Sequence record: NZ_CP044080.1
From: a plasmid
Reading direction: 5' to 3' (one strand)
DNA: 64,000 bases
Positions 31,825 to 41,483 of this stretch are shown here, one piece after another. Both the position numbers and the translations under genes were made by a program. Every line of letters begins with the position of its first letter. Positions within the stretch are counted from its first letter, which is position 1. The notes beneath the pieces are model-generated. The model was not told the origin of the DNA and made no database searches. It saw only the letters and a list, made by a program, of their open reading frames with translations.

Positions 31825-32958
31825 TTAGTCGAGATCCAGGCGGAATTCCTCGATCAGGTGCATGACGACGGCGCGCAGCGCCTCGTCGCGCGAGGCGCCG
31901 GCGGCCAGCGCCGCGGCATGGACCCGGCGCTGGCGCTGGGTCGAATTGCCCTCGGCCAGGATGCCGCGCAGGCGGGCGGTGGCGGGCTGGCTGTCCAGCG
32001 CATCCGCGTCCTCGGAAATCAGCGCGAGCCATTCCTCGGCCGCCTCGGTCTGCGGCCGGATCGTGCGGTGGCCAAAGTCGATCAACCCTTCGGTCACGCC
32101 ATAGCGGGCGGCGCGCCAGCGGTTTTCGGCCAGCAGGAAGTTGTCGTATTGCCGCCAGCGGATGTTGCGCCGCGCCAGGCGCCACAGCATCCGTAGCGTC
32201 GCCTGGATCAGGGCGGCCATGGTCAGCGCGTCGCGCAGGCGCGGGCAGGCGTCGCAGATCCGGGTTTCCAGCGTCGGGAATTTCGACGACGGGCGCAGGT
32301 CCCACCAGATCTTGCTGCTGTCCTCGATGATGTCCAGATCGATCAGGGCGCCGACCATGCGGTCGTATTCCTCCCATCCCGTCAACTGGGGCGGCAGGCC
32401 GGTGCGGGGATAGCCGCCAAAGACCGTCGTTCGATACGAGGCCATGCCGCTGTCCTGCCCTTGCCAGAACGGGCTTGATGCCGAGAGGGCCAGCAGATGC
32501 GGCAGGAAATAGGTCATCTGGTTCATCAGGTCGATGCGCAGGGCCTGGTCGGGAATGCCGACATGGACATGCATGCCGCAAATCAGCATGCGCCGGGCCA
32601 TGCCTGCCATTTCCTGTGACAGCTGGTTGTAGCGGTCCTTGTCGGTATGGACCTGGTCGCGCCAGTCCGCCGCCGGGTGGCAGCCGGCCGAGATCGGTGC
32701 CAGCCCGAATTCCGCCGCATGATCCGCGATCGAGCGGCGCAGCCGCGCCAGGTGGTCGCGCGCCTCGGCGATATTGGCGGAGACGGGGGTACCGATCTCG
32801 ATCTGGCAGCGCAGGTATTCGGGGCTGACCTGATCCTTGAGATCCTGCTTGCAGGCGGCCATCAGCGCATCCGGGGCCGAGGCCAGGGCGCCGGTTTCGG
32901 CATCGACCAGCAGATATTCCTCTTCGATCCCAAGCGAAAACGGTATGTCGTCGTCCAT
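31825..32958 (-). CDS. Carboxylate-amine ligase, YbdK/GCS2 family
   Basis: [11 protein letters not shown] start and GCS2-like body. Confidence 0.8.
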   Translation of the reverse strand: MDDDIPFSLGIEEEYLLVDAETGALASAPDALMAACKQDLKDQVSPEYLRCQIEIGTPVSANIAEARDHLARLRRSIADHAAEFGLAPISAGCHPAADWRDQVHTDKDRYNQLSQEMAGMARRMLICGMHVHVGIPDQALRIDLMNQMTYFLPHLLALSASSPFWQGQDSGMASYRTTVFGGYPRTGLPPQLTGWEEYDRMVGALIDLDIIEDSSKIWWDLRPSSKFPTLETRICDACPRLRDALTMAALIQATLRMLWRLARRNIRWRQYDNFLLAENRWRAARYGVTEGLIDFGHRTIRPQTEAAEEWLALISEDADALDSQPATARLRGILAEGNSTQRQRRVHAAALAAGASRDEALRAVVMHLIEEFRLDLD

Positions 32959-33091
32959 CGGTCTGCCTTTCTGCATGTCGCGGGGGAAACCCGCGGGCGG
33001 GCCGCGCCGTTCCGCACGGCTGATTGACAGTATACTTACTAATAGTATACTTATCAATTGCGGCCTCGTGCCGATTCCTTGGGAGGATGCG

Positions 33092-34966
33092 ATGCAATTT
33101 CACCTGAACGGCTTTCGCGCCGGCGATCCGGCGATTCATGACCTCGTCCCCGCTGCCGGTGGCAGCGATGTCGATGTGCTGATCGTGGGCTGCGGCCCGG
33201 CTGGCCTGACCCTTGCCGCCCAGCTTGCGGCATTCCCCGAGATCCGCACCCGGATCGTCGAGCAGAAGGCCGGGCCCCTGGCCCTGGGCCAGGCCGACGG
33301 CATCGCCTGCCGCACGATGGAGATGTTCAACGCCTTCGGCTTCGCCGACCGTGTCGAACGCGAGGCCTATTGGGTGAACGAGACGACCTTCTGGAAGCCG
33401 GACGCCGACCGCCGCATCGTCCGCCACGGCCGCATTCCCGACACCGAGGAGGGGCTGTCGGAATTTCCCCATGTCATCCTGAACCAGGCCCGGGTGCATG
33501 ACTTCTACCTTAAGCGGATGCGGAACGCGCCGACCCGGCTGGAACCCGGCTACGGCCTGCGACTGCTCGACCTGACCGTTCCCGAGGACCCCTCGGCGCC
33601 GGTGACGGTGCGCCTGCAACCTGTGGACGCGACCGGCGACGAGGGGATCCAGACCGTTCGCGCGCGCTATGTCGTCGGTTGCGACGGCGCCCGCAGCAAT
33701 GTCCGCCGCGCCATCGGCCGCGAGTTGCAGGGCGATTCGGCCAACCAGGCCTGGGGCGTCATGGATGTCCTGGCCTATACCGACTTTCCCGACATCCGCC
33801 TGAAAAGCGCGATCCATTCCGCCAATGACGGCAATATTCTGATCATTCCGCGCGAGGGCGGCTATCTGGTGCGGCTGTATGTCGAACTGGACAAGCTGGC
33901 CGCCGACGAGCGCGTGGCCTCGAAAAACATCACCATCGAACAGCTGATCGCCGCCGCGCAGCGCATCCTGCACCCCTATGTGCTGGAGGTGCGCGAGGTC
34001 GCCTGGTGGTCCGTCTACGAGATCGGCCAGCGCCTGACCGACAAGTTCGACGACGTGCCCGAGGGGCTTGAGGCCGAGCGGCTGCCGCGCGTCTTCATCG
34101 CCGGGGATGCCTGCCACACCCACAGCCCCAAGGCGGGGCAGGGGATGAACGTGTCGATGCAGGACACGTTCAACCTGGGCTGGAAGCTGGCCGCCGTGCT
34201 GCGCGGACTGGCCGAGCCCGGCCTGTTGCACAGCTATTCCGCCGAGCGCCGCGCCATTGCGCAGGAGCTGATCGACTTCGACCGCGAATTCGCCAAGATG
34301 TTCAGCGCCAAGCCCAAGACCGACGCGGACCCGGACGGTGTCGACCCGGCCGAATTCCAGCGCTATTTCATCAAGCAGGGCCGCTTTACGGCGGGCACCG
34401 CGACGCGCTATCGGCCCTCGGTGCTGACCGGCGACGGGGCGCATCAGGACCTGGCGCGGGGCTTCCCGGTCGGCATGCGGTTCCATTCCGCGCCGGTGAT
34501 CCGGCTGGCCGACGCCAAGCCCATGCATCTGGGCCATGTGCACGAGGCCGATGGCCGCTGGCGGCTATATCTGTTCGCCGGAGAGGATGGGCTGGGCGGC
34601 GAATTCGCGCGTCTGTGCGACTGGCTTGCGGGGCCGGACAGCCCGGTTGCGCGCCATACCCCCCAGGGCGCGGACCGGGACGCCGTGCTGGATATCCGCG
34701 CCGTGCTGCAGCAATCGCACCAGTCCCTGTCGATGGACGACCTGCCTGCCATCCTGTGGCCGGAAAAGGGCCGCTATGGGCTGAAGGATTATGAAAAGGC
34801 TTTTTGCGCGGACCCGGCGGCGGACATCCATGCCATGCGCGGCATCGACCGGGCACGGGGCTGCATGGTGCTGGTCCGTCCCGACCAGTATGTCGCGCAG
34901 GTCCTGCCGCTGGACGCCCGCGCCGCGCTGTCGGATTACTGTGCGGGGGTGATGCGTGCGGTTTGA
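33092..34966 (+). CDS. FAD-dependent aromatic monooxygenase (phenol 2-monooxygenase-like, with a C-terminal thioredoxin-like domain)
   Basis: [14 protein letters not shown] motif, 625 aa, RBS GGGAGGA. Confidence 0.8.
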   Translation: MQFHLNGFRAGDPAIHDLVPAAGGSDVDVLIVGCGPAGLTLAAQLAAFPEIRTRIVEQKAGPLALGQADGIACRTMEMFNAFGFADRVEREAYWVNETTFWKPDADRRIVRHGRIPDTEEGLSEFPHVILNQARVHDFYLKRMRNAPTRLEPGYGLRLLDLTVPEDPSAPVTVRLQPVDATGDEGIQTVRARYVVGCDGARSNVRRAIGRELQGDSANQAWGVMDVLAYTDFPDIRLKSAIHSANDGNILIIPREGGYLVRLYVELDKLAADERVASKNITIEQLIAAAQRILHPYVLEVREVAWWSVYEIGQRLTDKFDDVPEGLEAERLPRVFIAGDACHTHSPKAGQGMNVSMQDTFNLGWKLAAVLRGLAEPGLLHSYSAERRAIAQELIDFDREFAKMFSAKPKTDADPDGVDPAEFQRYFIKQGRFTAGTATRYRPSVLTGDGAHQDLARGFPVGMRFHSAPVIRLADAKPMHLGHVHEADGRWRLYLFAGEDGLGGEFARLCDWLAGPDSPVARHTPQGADRDAVLDIRAVLQQSHQSLSMDDLPAILWPEKGRYGLKDYEKAFCADPAADIHAMRGIDRARGCMVLVRPDQYVAQVLPLDARAALSDYCAGVMRAV

Positions 34967-34976
34967 CCCTTGAGTC

Positions 34977-34992
34977 GGCCCTGCGCGGGGCC
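34977..34992 (+). terminator. Weak hairpin GGCCC-TGCGCG-GGGCC followed by TTAT
   Basis: Read directly; only a 5-bp stem. Confidence 0.25.
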
Positions 34993-35006
34993 TTATCACC
35001 AAGGGC

Positions 35007-35483
35007 ATGAGCGATCTTCACACCATGCCGGGCCACCTGATCCGGCGGCTGCACCAGATCTCGGTCTCGCTGTTTGCCGCCCGCATGGCCGAGGCGGGAC
35101 TGGACCTGACCTCGGTGCAATATGCCGCACTGGTGACGGTCCGGGAAAACCCCGGGCTCGATCAGGCGACCCTGGCGGGGCTGATCGCCTATGACCGGGT
35201 GACCATCGGCGGCGTGGTCGAGCGGTTGGTGCAGAAGGGCCTGCTGCGGCGCGAGGTCAGCCCCCAGGACCGCCGCGCCCGGGTGCTGACGCTGACTCCG
35301 GCCGGTCAGGCCGTGCTTGAGACGGCCGACCCCTGGGTTGGGCGCGTGCAGGCCGATATCCTGTCGGACCTGACCGAATCCGAGCGGGCGATCTTTACCG
35401 AACTGCTGCGGAAATCGACCGAGGCCGGCAATGACAAAAGCCGCGCTCCGCTGCGTCCAGCACGCGGCGGGGGCGAATCCTGA
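35007..35483 (+). CDS. MarR family transcriptional regulator
   Basis: Winged-helix MarR motifs. Confidence 0.8.
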   Translation: MSDLHTMPGHLIRRLHQISVSLFAARMAEAGLDLTSVQYAALVTVRENPGLDQATLAGLIAYDRVTIGGVVERLVQKGLLRREVSPQDRRARVLTLTPAGQAVLETADPWVGRVQADILSDLTESERAIFTELLRKSTEAGNDKSRAPLRPARGGGES

Positions 35484-35606
35484 GCGAGAAAGCCGTCTAG
35501 TTTCATCAAGCTAAGACCAGGAAAGCCCTCCGAGAAAACACGTCTTGATTTATCGTGTTTTTGTGCCACTCTGGCCCCGTATCGCGGCGAAGAGGAGGCA
35601 GAGCCG

Positions 35607-36335
35607 ATGCAGCGACAGTTTCCCCGGTTGCGCGTCACGGGTCCGCAGGATTGCGCGGTGGCGCAAGGCGCCCGGCTTGCCCTGGCCCTGCGCGGCTGGC
35701 CGACCGGCGCCGCCGGGCAGGCCCAGGCCACGCGCCTGCTGGTCGAATCCCAGCCCGACGTGATCCTGACGATCGAGGACCCCGCCGCGATGATCGAGCT
35801 GATCGAGGATCTGCACCCCGGCCATCCCCTGCACCCCCGCGACCCCGCCGCCCGGGCGCGGCACCGCGAGTTGATCGCGCTGGTCGGCGCGGCGCGGGCC
35901 GAGTTGGGGCGGGTGACGGCGGCGCGGAACCTGCGCGATCTCGACATCGCGGTCTTTGCGCTGCGCGAGACGCTGGCGCGGCTGGACCGGGGGATCGCGG
36001 GCGAGACCGGGGTCGCGCTGACCAACCTCGACCTGGTGCTGGCGCCGGTGCTGTGGCGCGCGGCGATCCTGGACCGGCGCTTCGGCCTGCATCTGGGCGA
36101 CGGGCTGGCCGCCTGCCGGACGCGCATCGCGCAGGCCTATGGGCAGCCGCCGGTGCGGGCGATGCTGGACCGCGCGGCGGGGCGGCGCTTTCTGGACGGG
36201 TTGGACCCGCGGGCGGCGCTGTTCGATCTGGCGGGGGCCGCGGCGGAATGGCAGCGCGCCTTTGCCGACCTGCGCGCGCGCGTCCTGCCCTTTGCCCCGC
36301 CAGCCCCGCCCGCCCGCGCCGGGCGGCGCGGCTGA
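35607..36335 (+). CDS. Glutathione S-transferase-like protein
   Basis: Thioredoxin-like N-terminus followed by a GST C-terminal-type helix (LHPRDPAARARHRELI). Confidence 0.45.
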   Translation: MQRQFPRLRVTGPQDCAVAQGARLALALRGWPTGAAGQAQATRLLVESQPDVILTIEDPAAMIELIEDLHPGHPLHPRDPAARARHRELIALVGAARAELGRVTAARNLRDLDIAVFALRETLARLDRGIAGETGVALTNLDLVLAPVLWRAAILDRRFGLHLGDGLAACRTRIAQAYGQPPVRAMLDRAAGRRFLDGLDPRAALFDLAGAAAEWQRAFADLRARVLPFAPPAPPARAGRRG

Positions 36336-36360
36336 GCCGCCCTTGGCACGACAGCCGCCG

Positions 36361-37287
36361 ATGGACGGCCTGCCCCCGCGCGACGCACCCGAGGACCTGG
36401 ACCTGGGCCAGGTTGCCGAACAGCTGCGCCTGCTGCGGCTGGTGTCCCAGCAGCGCCGCTATGCCGGGCGCCCGGTCCCGCGCCTGCCGGTCCGGGCCGA
36501 GATCACCGACCTGCTGGCCGGCCTGATCGCGGCGCTTTACCCGCGCCACTACGGCCCCTCGGGACTGCCGCCCGATCGCACCGACGGCTATGTGGTGGCC
36601 TTGCTGCCGGCGCTGCGCGAACGCTTGGCCCGGCAGGTCGAACTGGAATTCCTGCTGACCGTCGATGCCGAGCCCGCCGACTGCCATGACCGCGCCCGCC
36701 AGACAGCCGACCGGGTGATGGGCGCCCTGCCGCGCATCCGCGACCTGCACGACACCGACATCGCTGCCGCCTATGCCGGCGATCCCTCGGCCAAAAGCCT
36801 GGACGAGATCGTGTTCTGCTATCCCGGGGTCGCCGCCGCCTTGCGGCACCGCATCGCGCACGAACTGTACGGAGCCGGGGCGACCATGATCGCCCGCATC
36901 ATGGCCGAGCATTCCCATTCCGTGACCGGCATCGACATCCATCCCGGCGCGCGGATCGGTCCGGCCTGCTTCATCGACCATGGCACCGGGGTCGTCATCG
37001 GGGAAACGGCGGTGATCGGGCGGAACGTACGGCTTTACCAGCAGGTGACGCTGGGTGCGAAGCGCTTCGAGGAGGCGGGCGACGGCTCGCTGGTCAAGGG
37101 CCAGCCGCGCCATCCGGTGATCGGCGACGATGTGGTGATCTATGCGGGCGCGACGATCCTGGGCCGCATCACCATCGGCCGGGGCGCGGTGATCGGGGGC
37201 GGGGTCTGGCTGACCCAGTCGGTCGCGCCGGGAACCGTGGTGACGCAGGCGCGCCCCAAGCTGGACAGCCTGCCCGCGCCGGACTGA
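36361..37287 (+). CDS. cysE: Serine O-acetyltransferase with an N-terminal extension
   Basis: Hexapeptide-repeat domain DIHPGARIG...GTGVVIGETAVIG. Confidence 0.8.
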   Translation: MDGLPPRDAPEDLDLGQVAEQLRLLRLVSQQRRYAGRPVPRLPVRAEITDLLAGLIAALYPRHYGPSGLPPDRTDGYVVALLPALRERLARQVELEFLLTVDAEPADCHDRARQTADRVMGALPRIRDLHDTDIAAAYAGDPSAKSLDEIVFCYPGVAAALRHRIAHELYGAGATMIARIMAEHSHSVTGIDIHPGARIGPACFIDHGTGVVIGETAVIGRNVRLYQQVTLGAKRFEEAGDGSLVKGQPRHPVIGDDVVIYAGATILGRITIGRGAVIGGGVWLTQSVAPGTVVTQARPKLDSLPAPD

Positions 37288-37668
37288 CGGGGCGGGCGAT
37301 AGAACGAGCCTTCTCAACGCCGTCGCAAAAGGCAAGGGAACTGCTGTCGCGGCGCACGATATAAAACGACCTTAGCTATCGTGATTTGGCGGCGGCTGAT
37401 AGGATTTCCTGGTCCGAACCCTTCGACCAGGAAAGGCAAGACCATGATCCGCGCCCTTTTCAGCCCGCTGCGCCTTGCCCCCCTGCCGTCGCGGCAGGCC
37501 GGAGCCCCGAAACCCCGCGAAGGGATGCCCTCGGGCCTGTGGACCCCGGCCGAGGCGCGCCCCGCCCTTTGGCCCGAGGCCGGGCTGCTTGCCGACCGCC
37601 ACCGCCCGCTTCCCCGCCACGCCGAACGCCGCCATTGGCTGTAGGCCCGCACAGGAAAGGTTTCGACG

Positions 37669-38853
37669 ATGAACCGCATTTCCGAAATCCTGCATGACGA
37701 GGGCCTGGCCGGGATCTATTCGCGGCTGCGCTATCCCAAGGGCCGCACGGCGACGCATGACCTGCCCCCCATCGCGGCACGGGTGCAGGTGATCGGCGGC
37801 GACGCGACGCTGGCCGCCAGCCTGCGGCAGATGCTGCGCATGGCCGGTCGGCCCACGCTGCCCGAAGGGCCGGCGCCGGGCACGACGCGGTTCCACATCG
37901 ACCCCGATTTCACCGCCGCAAGCCGGCATGACGAACGCGACGTGCTGATCCTGACCTCGCGCACGCGGGCGGATCTGGCGCAGGTGATCCTGCACGGCCG
38001 GGGCTGCCACGCGCTGATCGACACGGTGCCGACGCGGCTGGATGCGCTGATCGCCTCGGGCCTGCCGGCCGAGCGGCTGTTCCTGGCGGCCGAGGATGTC
38101 ACCGGCTTTCGCCGCGGCCTGTTCCGCTTTCTGGTGGCGGGCCGGGCGGTCGACCCCGATGCCATCGACTGGCGCAGCGTGATGCCGGAAATCGCCCCGG
38201 CGACGGTGCCGCGCCTGTGCCTTGGCCTGCCCGAGACGCCGGCCCGGCGCGCCTCGTTCCAGCGCCAGCCGGTGCAGGGGTTCCGCGTCTTCGACGGGCT
38301 GCGCTATGATCCCGGCTGGATCGGCGCGGCGCTGAGCTTTCGCACCATGGCGCGGGCCTGCCTGGACGCCGGCGCGCCCTGGGCCATCTTTTGCGAGGAC
38401 GACATGCTGGCCGCCCCGGAGTTCGAGGCCCGGCTGCAGGTCGTGCAGGATTATCTGCGCGGGGTCGAATGGGACGTGTTCTCGGGGCTCTCGACGCATG
38501 TGCGCGACGACTATGCCCTGCAAGGCGTGGCACGGTTCGGGAGCGAGACCTTCCTGCACCTGGACCGCACGGCGGGGATGGTCTTCAACATCTTCAACCG
38601 CCGCGCGCTGGAGTGGCTGGCGGACTGGCGCATGGACGACCACGGCGCCCGGCGCGTGACCATCGACCGCCACCTTGAGGCGATGCCCGGGATGCGGGTC
38701 GTGACCACGCGCGATTTCCTGGTCGATCACAGCGACCTCTTGTCCTCGACGGCCTGGGGGTTCAGCAACCGGCGCTATCGGTCGCTGATCGCGGCCAGCC
38801 AGCGGCGGTTGCAGGCCAAGGCGAAGCAGGCGCCGGAGGGCGCCATCGCCTAG
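37669..38853 (+). CDS. Hypothetical protein; the C-terminal half resembles family 25 glycosyltransferases
   Basis: FCEDDM motif region; convergent with kpsM, 4-bp overlap. Confidence 0.45.
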   Translation: MNRISEILHDEGLAGIYSRLRYPKGRTATHDLPPIAARVQVIGGDATLAASLRQMLRMAGRPTLPEGPAPGTTRFHIDPDFTAASRHDERDVLILTSRTRADLAQVILHGRGCHALIDTVPTRLDALIASGLPAERLFLAAEDVTGFRRGLFRFLVAGRAVDPDAIDWRSVMPEIAPATVPRLCLGLPETPARRASFQRQPVQGFRVFDGLRYDPGWIGAALSFRTMARACLDAGAPWAIFCEDDMLAAPEFEARLQVVQDYLRGVEWDVFSGLSTHVRDDYALQGVARFGSETFLHLDRTAGMVFNIFNRRALEWLADWRMDDHGARRVTIDRHLEAMPGMRVVTTRDFLVDHSDLLSSTAWGFSNRRYRSLIAASQRRLQAKAKQAPEGAIA

Positions 38854-39641
38854 CGCAGCGCCAGGTCGCGGTGCCAGCGGTAAAGCAGCGCCAGACCGAC
38901 CTGGAACAGCACCGCCGCGACCAGCGCGACATAGACCGGCTGGACATATTCCGCGCGGTAGGTCGCATAGACCCCCGCGCGGTTCATGCCGATGATGTGG
39001 ACGATGGGGTTGAACCACAGCACGTTCGCAAAGCTCTGCGGCAGCGCGTCGAACGGGATGAAGACGCAGGACAGCAGGAACAGCGGCCGCGTCGCGATGG
39101 ACCAGACATTCGCCCACAGCGGAAAGCGCCGCATCAGGAAGCAGTTGGTGCAGCCGAGCCCCAGGCCCAGCCCCGCCGCCATGCAGAAGGCCGTGACGAT
39201 GCGGGGCAGGTCCATGATCGGCTCGACATTGTCGTAAAGGATGATGCCGGTCAGCACGATGGCAAAGACCAGCGCATGGACGACGCAGGCCAGCACGAAG
39301 CGCGCCGCGATGGCATCGACGAAGGTGACGCCGGGATAGAACAGCAGCTGCCTGGAAAAGCTCAGCGACTGGGCGATCTTGCGGCTGATGTCGAGCACCA
39401 TCAGGAACGGCAGCAGGCCCGTCGCATAGAACAGCGCAAAGCTGGACCCCATCGGCGGCACCCGCACCGCCAGCGAAAAGATCAGCGTCAGCAGCGCGAT
39501 GCCGCCCACCGGCTCCAGCACCGTCCACAGGAACCCGCCGGGCGAGCGGCCATGGGTGGTCGCCATCTCGCGAAAGACCAGCGCGGTGACGGTGCGCAGG
39601 CCGGGCGTACGGCCCAGGGGGTGGCGGCGCTCAGTCGTCAT
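38850..39641 (-). CDS. kpsM: Capsule polysaccharide export ABC-2 permease
   Basis: ABC-2 permease fold. Confidence 0.8.
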   Translation of the reverse strand: MTTERRHPLGRTPGLRTVTALVFREMATTHGRSPGGFLWTVLEPVGGIALLTLIFSLAVRVPPMGSSFALFYATGLLPFLMVLDISRKIAQSLSFSRQLLFYPGVTFVDAIAARFVLACVVHALVFAIVLTGIILYDNVEPIMDLPRIVTAFCMAAGLGLGLGCTNCFLMRRFPLWANVWSIATRPLFLLSCVFIPFDALPQSFANVLWFNPIVHIIGMNRAGVYATYRAEYVQPVYVALVAAVLFQVGLALLYRWHRDLALR

Positions 39642-40312
39642 CGTCGTCCCCGGGCGCGGTGCCCATGTTGGCCTGGTGGACGGCGATGGCCTCGTTCACG
39701 TCGCTGTAATAGGTCAGCCGCCCCTGGTGCAGCACCGCGGCCGAGGTGCACAGCGCCCGCACCATGCTCATGGAATGGGACACCATGATGGCGCCGCTGT
39801 TCAGCAGGCGGTTGCGGAAGTAGGCCTTGCTTTTTTCCCGGAAATAGCCGTCGCCGACGCTGGTCACCTCGTCCACCAGATAGGTGTCGAAATGGATGCC
39901 CATCGAGACGCCGAAGGCCAGCCGCGACCGCATCCCCGAGGAATAATTGCGAAACGGCAGGTGCAGGTGGTGGCCCAGGTCGGAAAACCCGGCGACGAAA
40001 TCCAAGAGCGCCTCGGCATCCACGTCATAGACGCGGGCGATGAAGCGGGTGTTCTGCGCCCCGGTCAGGTCGGGATGGAAGCTGCCCGAAAAGCCCACCG
40101 GCCAGGACACGCTGCCGGTGGTCGCGACCCGGCCCCGGTCGGGGCGCACCACGCCGGCGATCATTCGCAGCAGGGTGGACTTGCCCGCGCCGTTGTGGCC
40201 CAGCAGCGCGATGGATTCCCGGCTGGGAAAGGTCACGGTCACGTCGCGCGCGACGATCGTGGTGCGGCCCTTGACCGTGAAGCTTTTCGACAGGTTCTCA
40301 AGCCGGATCATG
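39631..40312 (-). CDS. kpsT: Capsule polysaccharide export ATP-binding protein
   Basis: Walker A GHNGAGKST, signature YSSGMRSRL. Confidence 0.85.
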
Positions 40313-41483
40313 CCGTCCGGTCCCGGTTGCTGAGCGCGATCAGCACGGCGCTGAGCCAGGCGATGAAGATGAAGCAGGCCGCCAGTCCGATGATCATGGC
40401 ACGCCGCGGCCGGGTCGCGGTCTGCGGCAGGCCGGGCTGCACGAAGGTCGCAAGATAGCGGTTGTCCTGTTCGGCCTTCGAGCGCGCCGCCTCGACCCCC
40501 GCCAGCGCCAGGCTGTAGCTTTTCTCGGCCAGTTCCAGGTCCAGTTGCAGCTTGGTATAGCCGTCCAGCACCGCGCTGAAGCTGACGTCGCCCTTGGCGC
40601 CGGCGACATAGCCCTGGCGTTCCTCCTCGATCCGGCGGCGCAGCACGTCCACGCGCTTTTGCGCCTGGGTCAGGCGCACGTCGGCGGTGCCCTGTTCGCG
40701 CATGGTTTCCAGTTGCAGGATTGCCTCGGTCAGGTCCTGCGACAGGCTGGCCATCACCGCCGAGTTGATGTTGACGGCGGCCTGGGCGTCGATCAGCCGG
40801 TTTTCGTCGCGAAAGCGGGCGATGGCCAGGCGGGCCCGGGTCAGGCGCTGCTCCATCTCGGCCAGGTCGCGTTCGGCGTGCCGCAGGCTGTTTTCGCGCG
40901 CCTCGTCCGAGACTGTGTTGACCAGACGCCCCGCCGCCTGGTGGATGGCCTGCGCGATGCGCTGCGCATCGGCGGCGGCGAAGGCCCGCGCCTCGATGCC
41001 GATCATGCCGGTGGCGCTGTCCACGCTGATCGTGACCATGCGCCGCCAATAGGCGACCAGATCCTCAAGCGTGGCGCCGTCCTTCAGCGCAAAGACCGGA
41101 TCGCCCGGCCGCGCAAAGATCGCGCGCAGGTCCAGCTCTGCGTCGATCATGCGCACGAAGCCGGGGCTGCGCAGATATTCGTAGAGCATCTTGGCGTCGG
41201 TCGTGGTGTTGCCGACCGAGGACAGGCCCAGACCCGCCAGCATGCCCATGTTCGGCGATTCGTCGTCGCGCACCACGAACGAGACTTCGGACACATACTG
41301 GTCGCGCGCGATGGCGACCATGTAGCCCCCGACCAGCAGCGTCGGCAGCAGGAACCCCAGCAGGAAGCTGGCCAGCACCAGGCTGTGCCCGCGCGTCCAG
41401 CGCGCCCGCGCGACCGGGGGCGGGATGCGCGGATTGGCCGAGCGGACCCGCGCGGGCGGGGCTGGCGCCTCGAGGTCCTTCAC
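40308..41483 (-). CDS. kpsE: Capsule export inner-membrane protein (PCP-3 family)
   Basis: N- and C-terminal TM helices around a coiled-coil periplasmic domain. Confidence 0.75.
   Translation of the reverse strand: MKDLEAPAPPARVRSANPRIPPPVARARWTRGHSLVLASFLLGFLLPTLLVGGYMVAIARDQYVSEVSFVVRDDESPNMGMLAGLGLSSVGNTTTDAKMLYEYLRSPGFVRMIDAELDLRAIFARPGDPVFALKDGATLEDLVAYWRRMVTISVDSATGMIGIEARAFAAADAQRIAQAIHQAAGRLVNTVSDEARENSLRHAERDLAEMEQRLTRARLAIARFRDENRLIDAQAAVNINSAVMASLSQDLTEAILQLETMREQGTADVRLTQAQKRVDVLRRRIEEERQGYVAGAKGDVSFSAVLDGYTKLQLDLELAEKSYSLALAGVEAARSKAEQDNRYLATFVQPGLPQTATRPRRAMIIGLAACFIFIAWLSAVLIALSNRDRTA

Noticed and set aside
31625-34543. 972-aa minus-strand ORF
   Set aside because: Antisense across the YbdK-like and monooxygenase genes. 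No domain-like segments.
35635-37335. 566-aa minus-strand ORF
   Set aside because: Antisense to the GST-like and cysE genes.
37372-39528. 718-aa minus-strand ORF
   Set aside because: It overlaps the genuine kpsM in another frame and is antisense to the GT25-like gene. It has the low-complexity RPGA composition typical of spurious high-GC ORFs.
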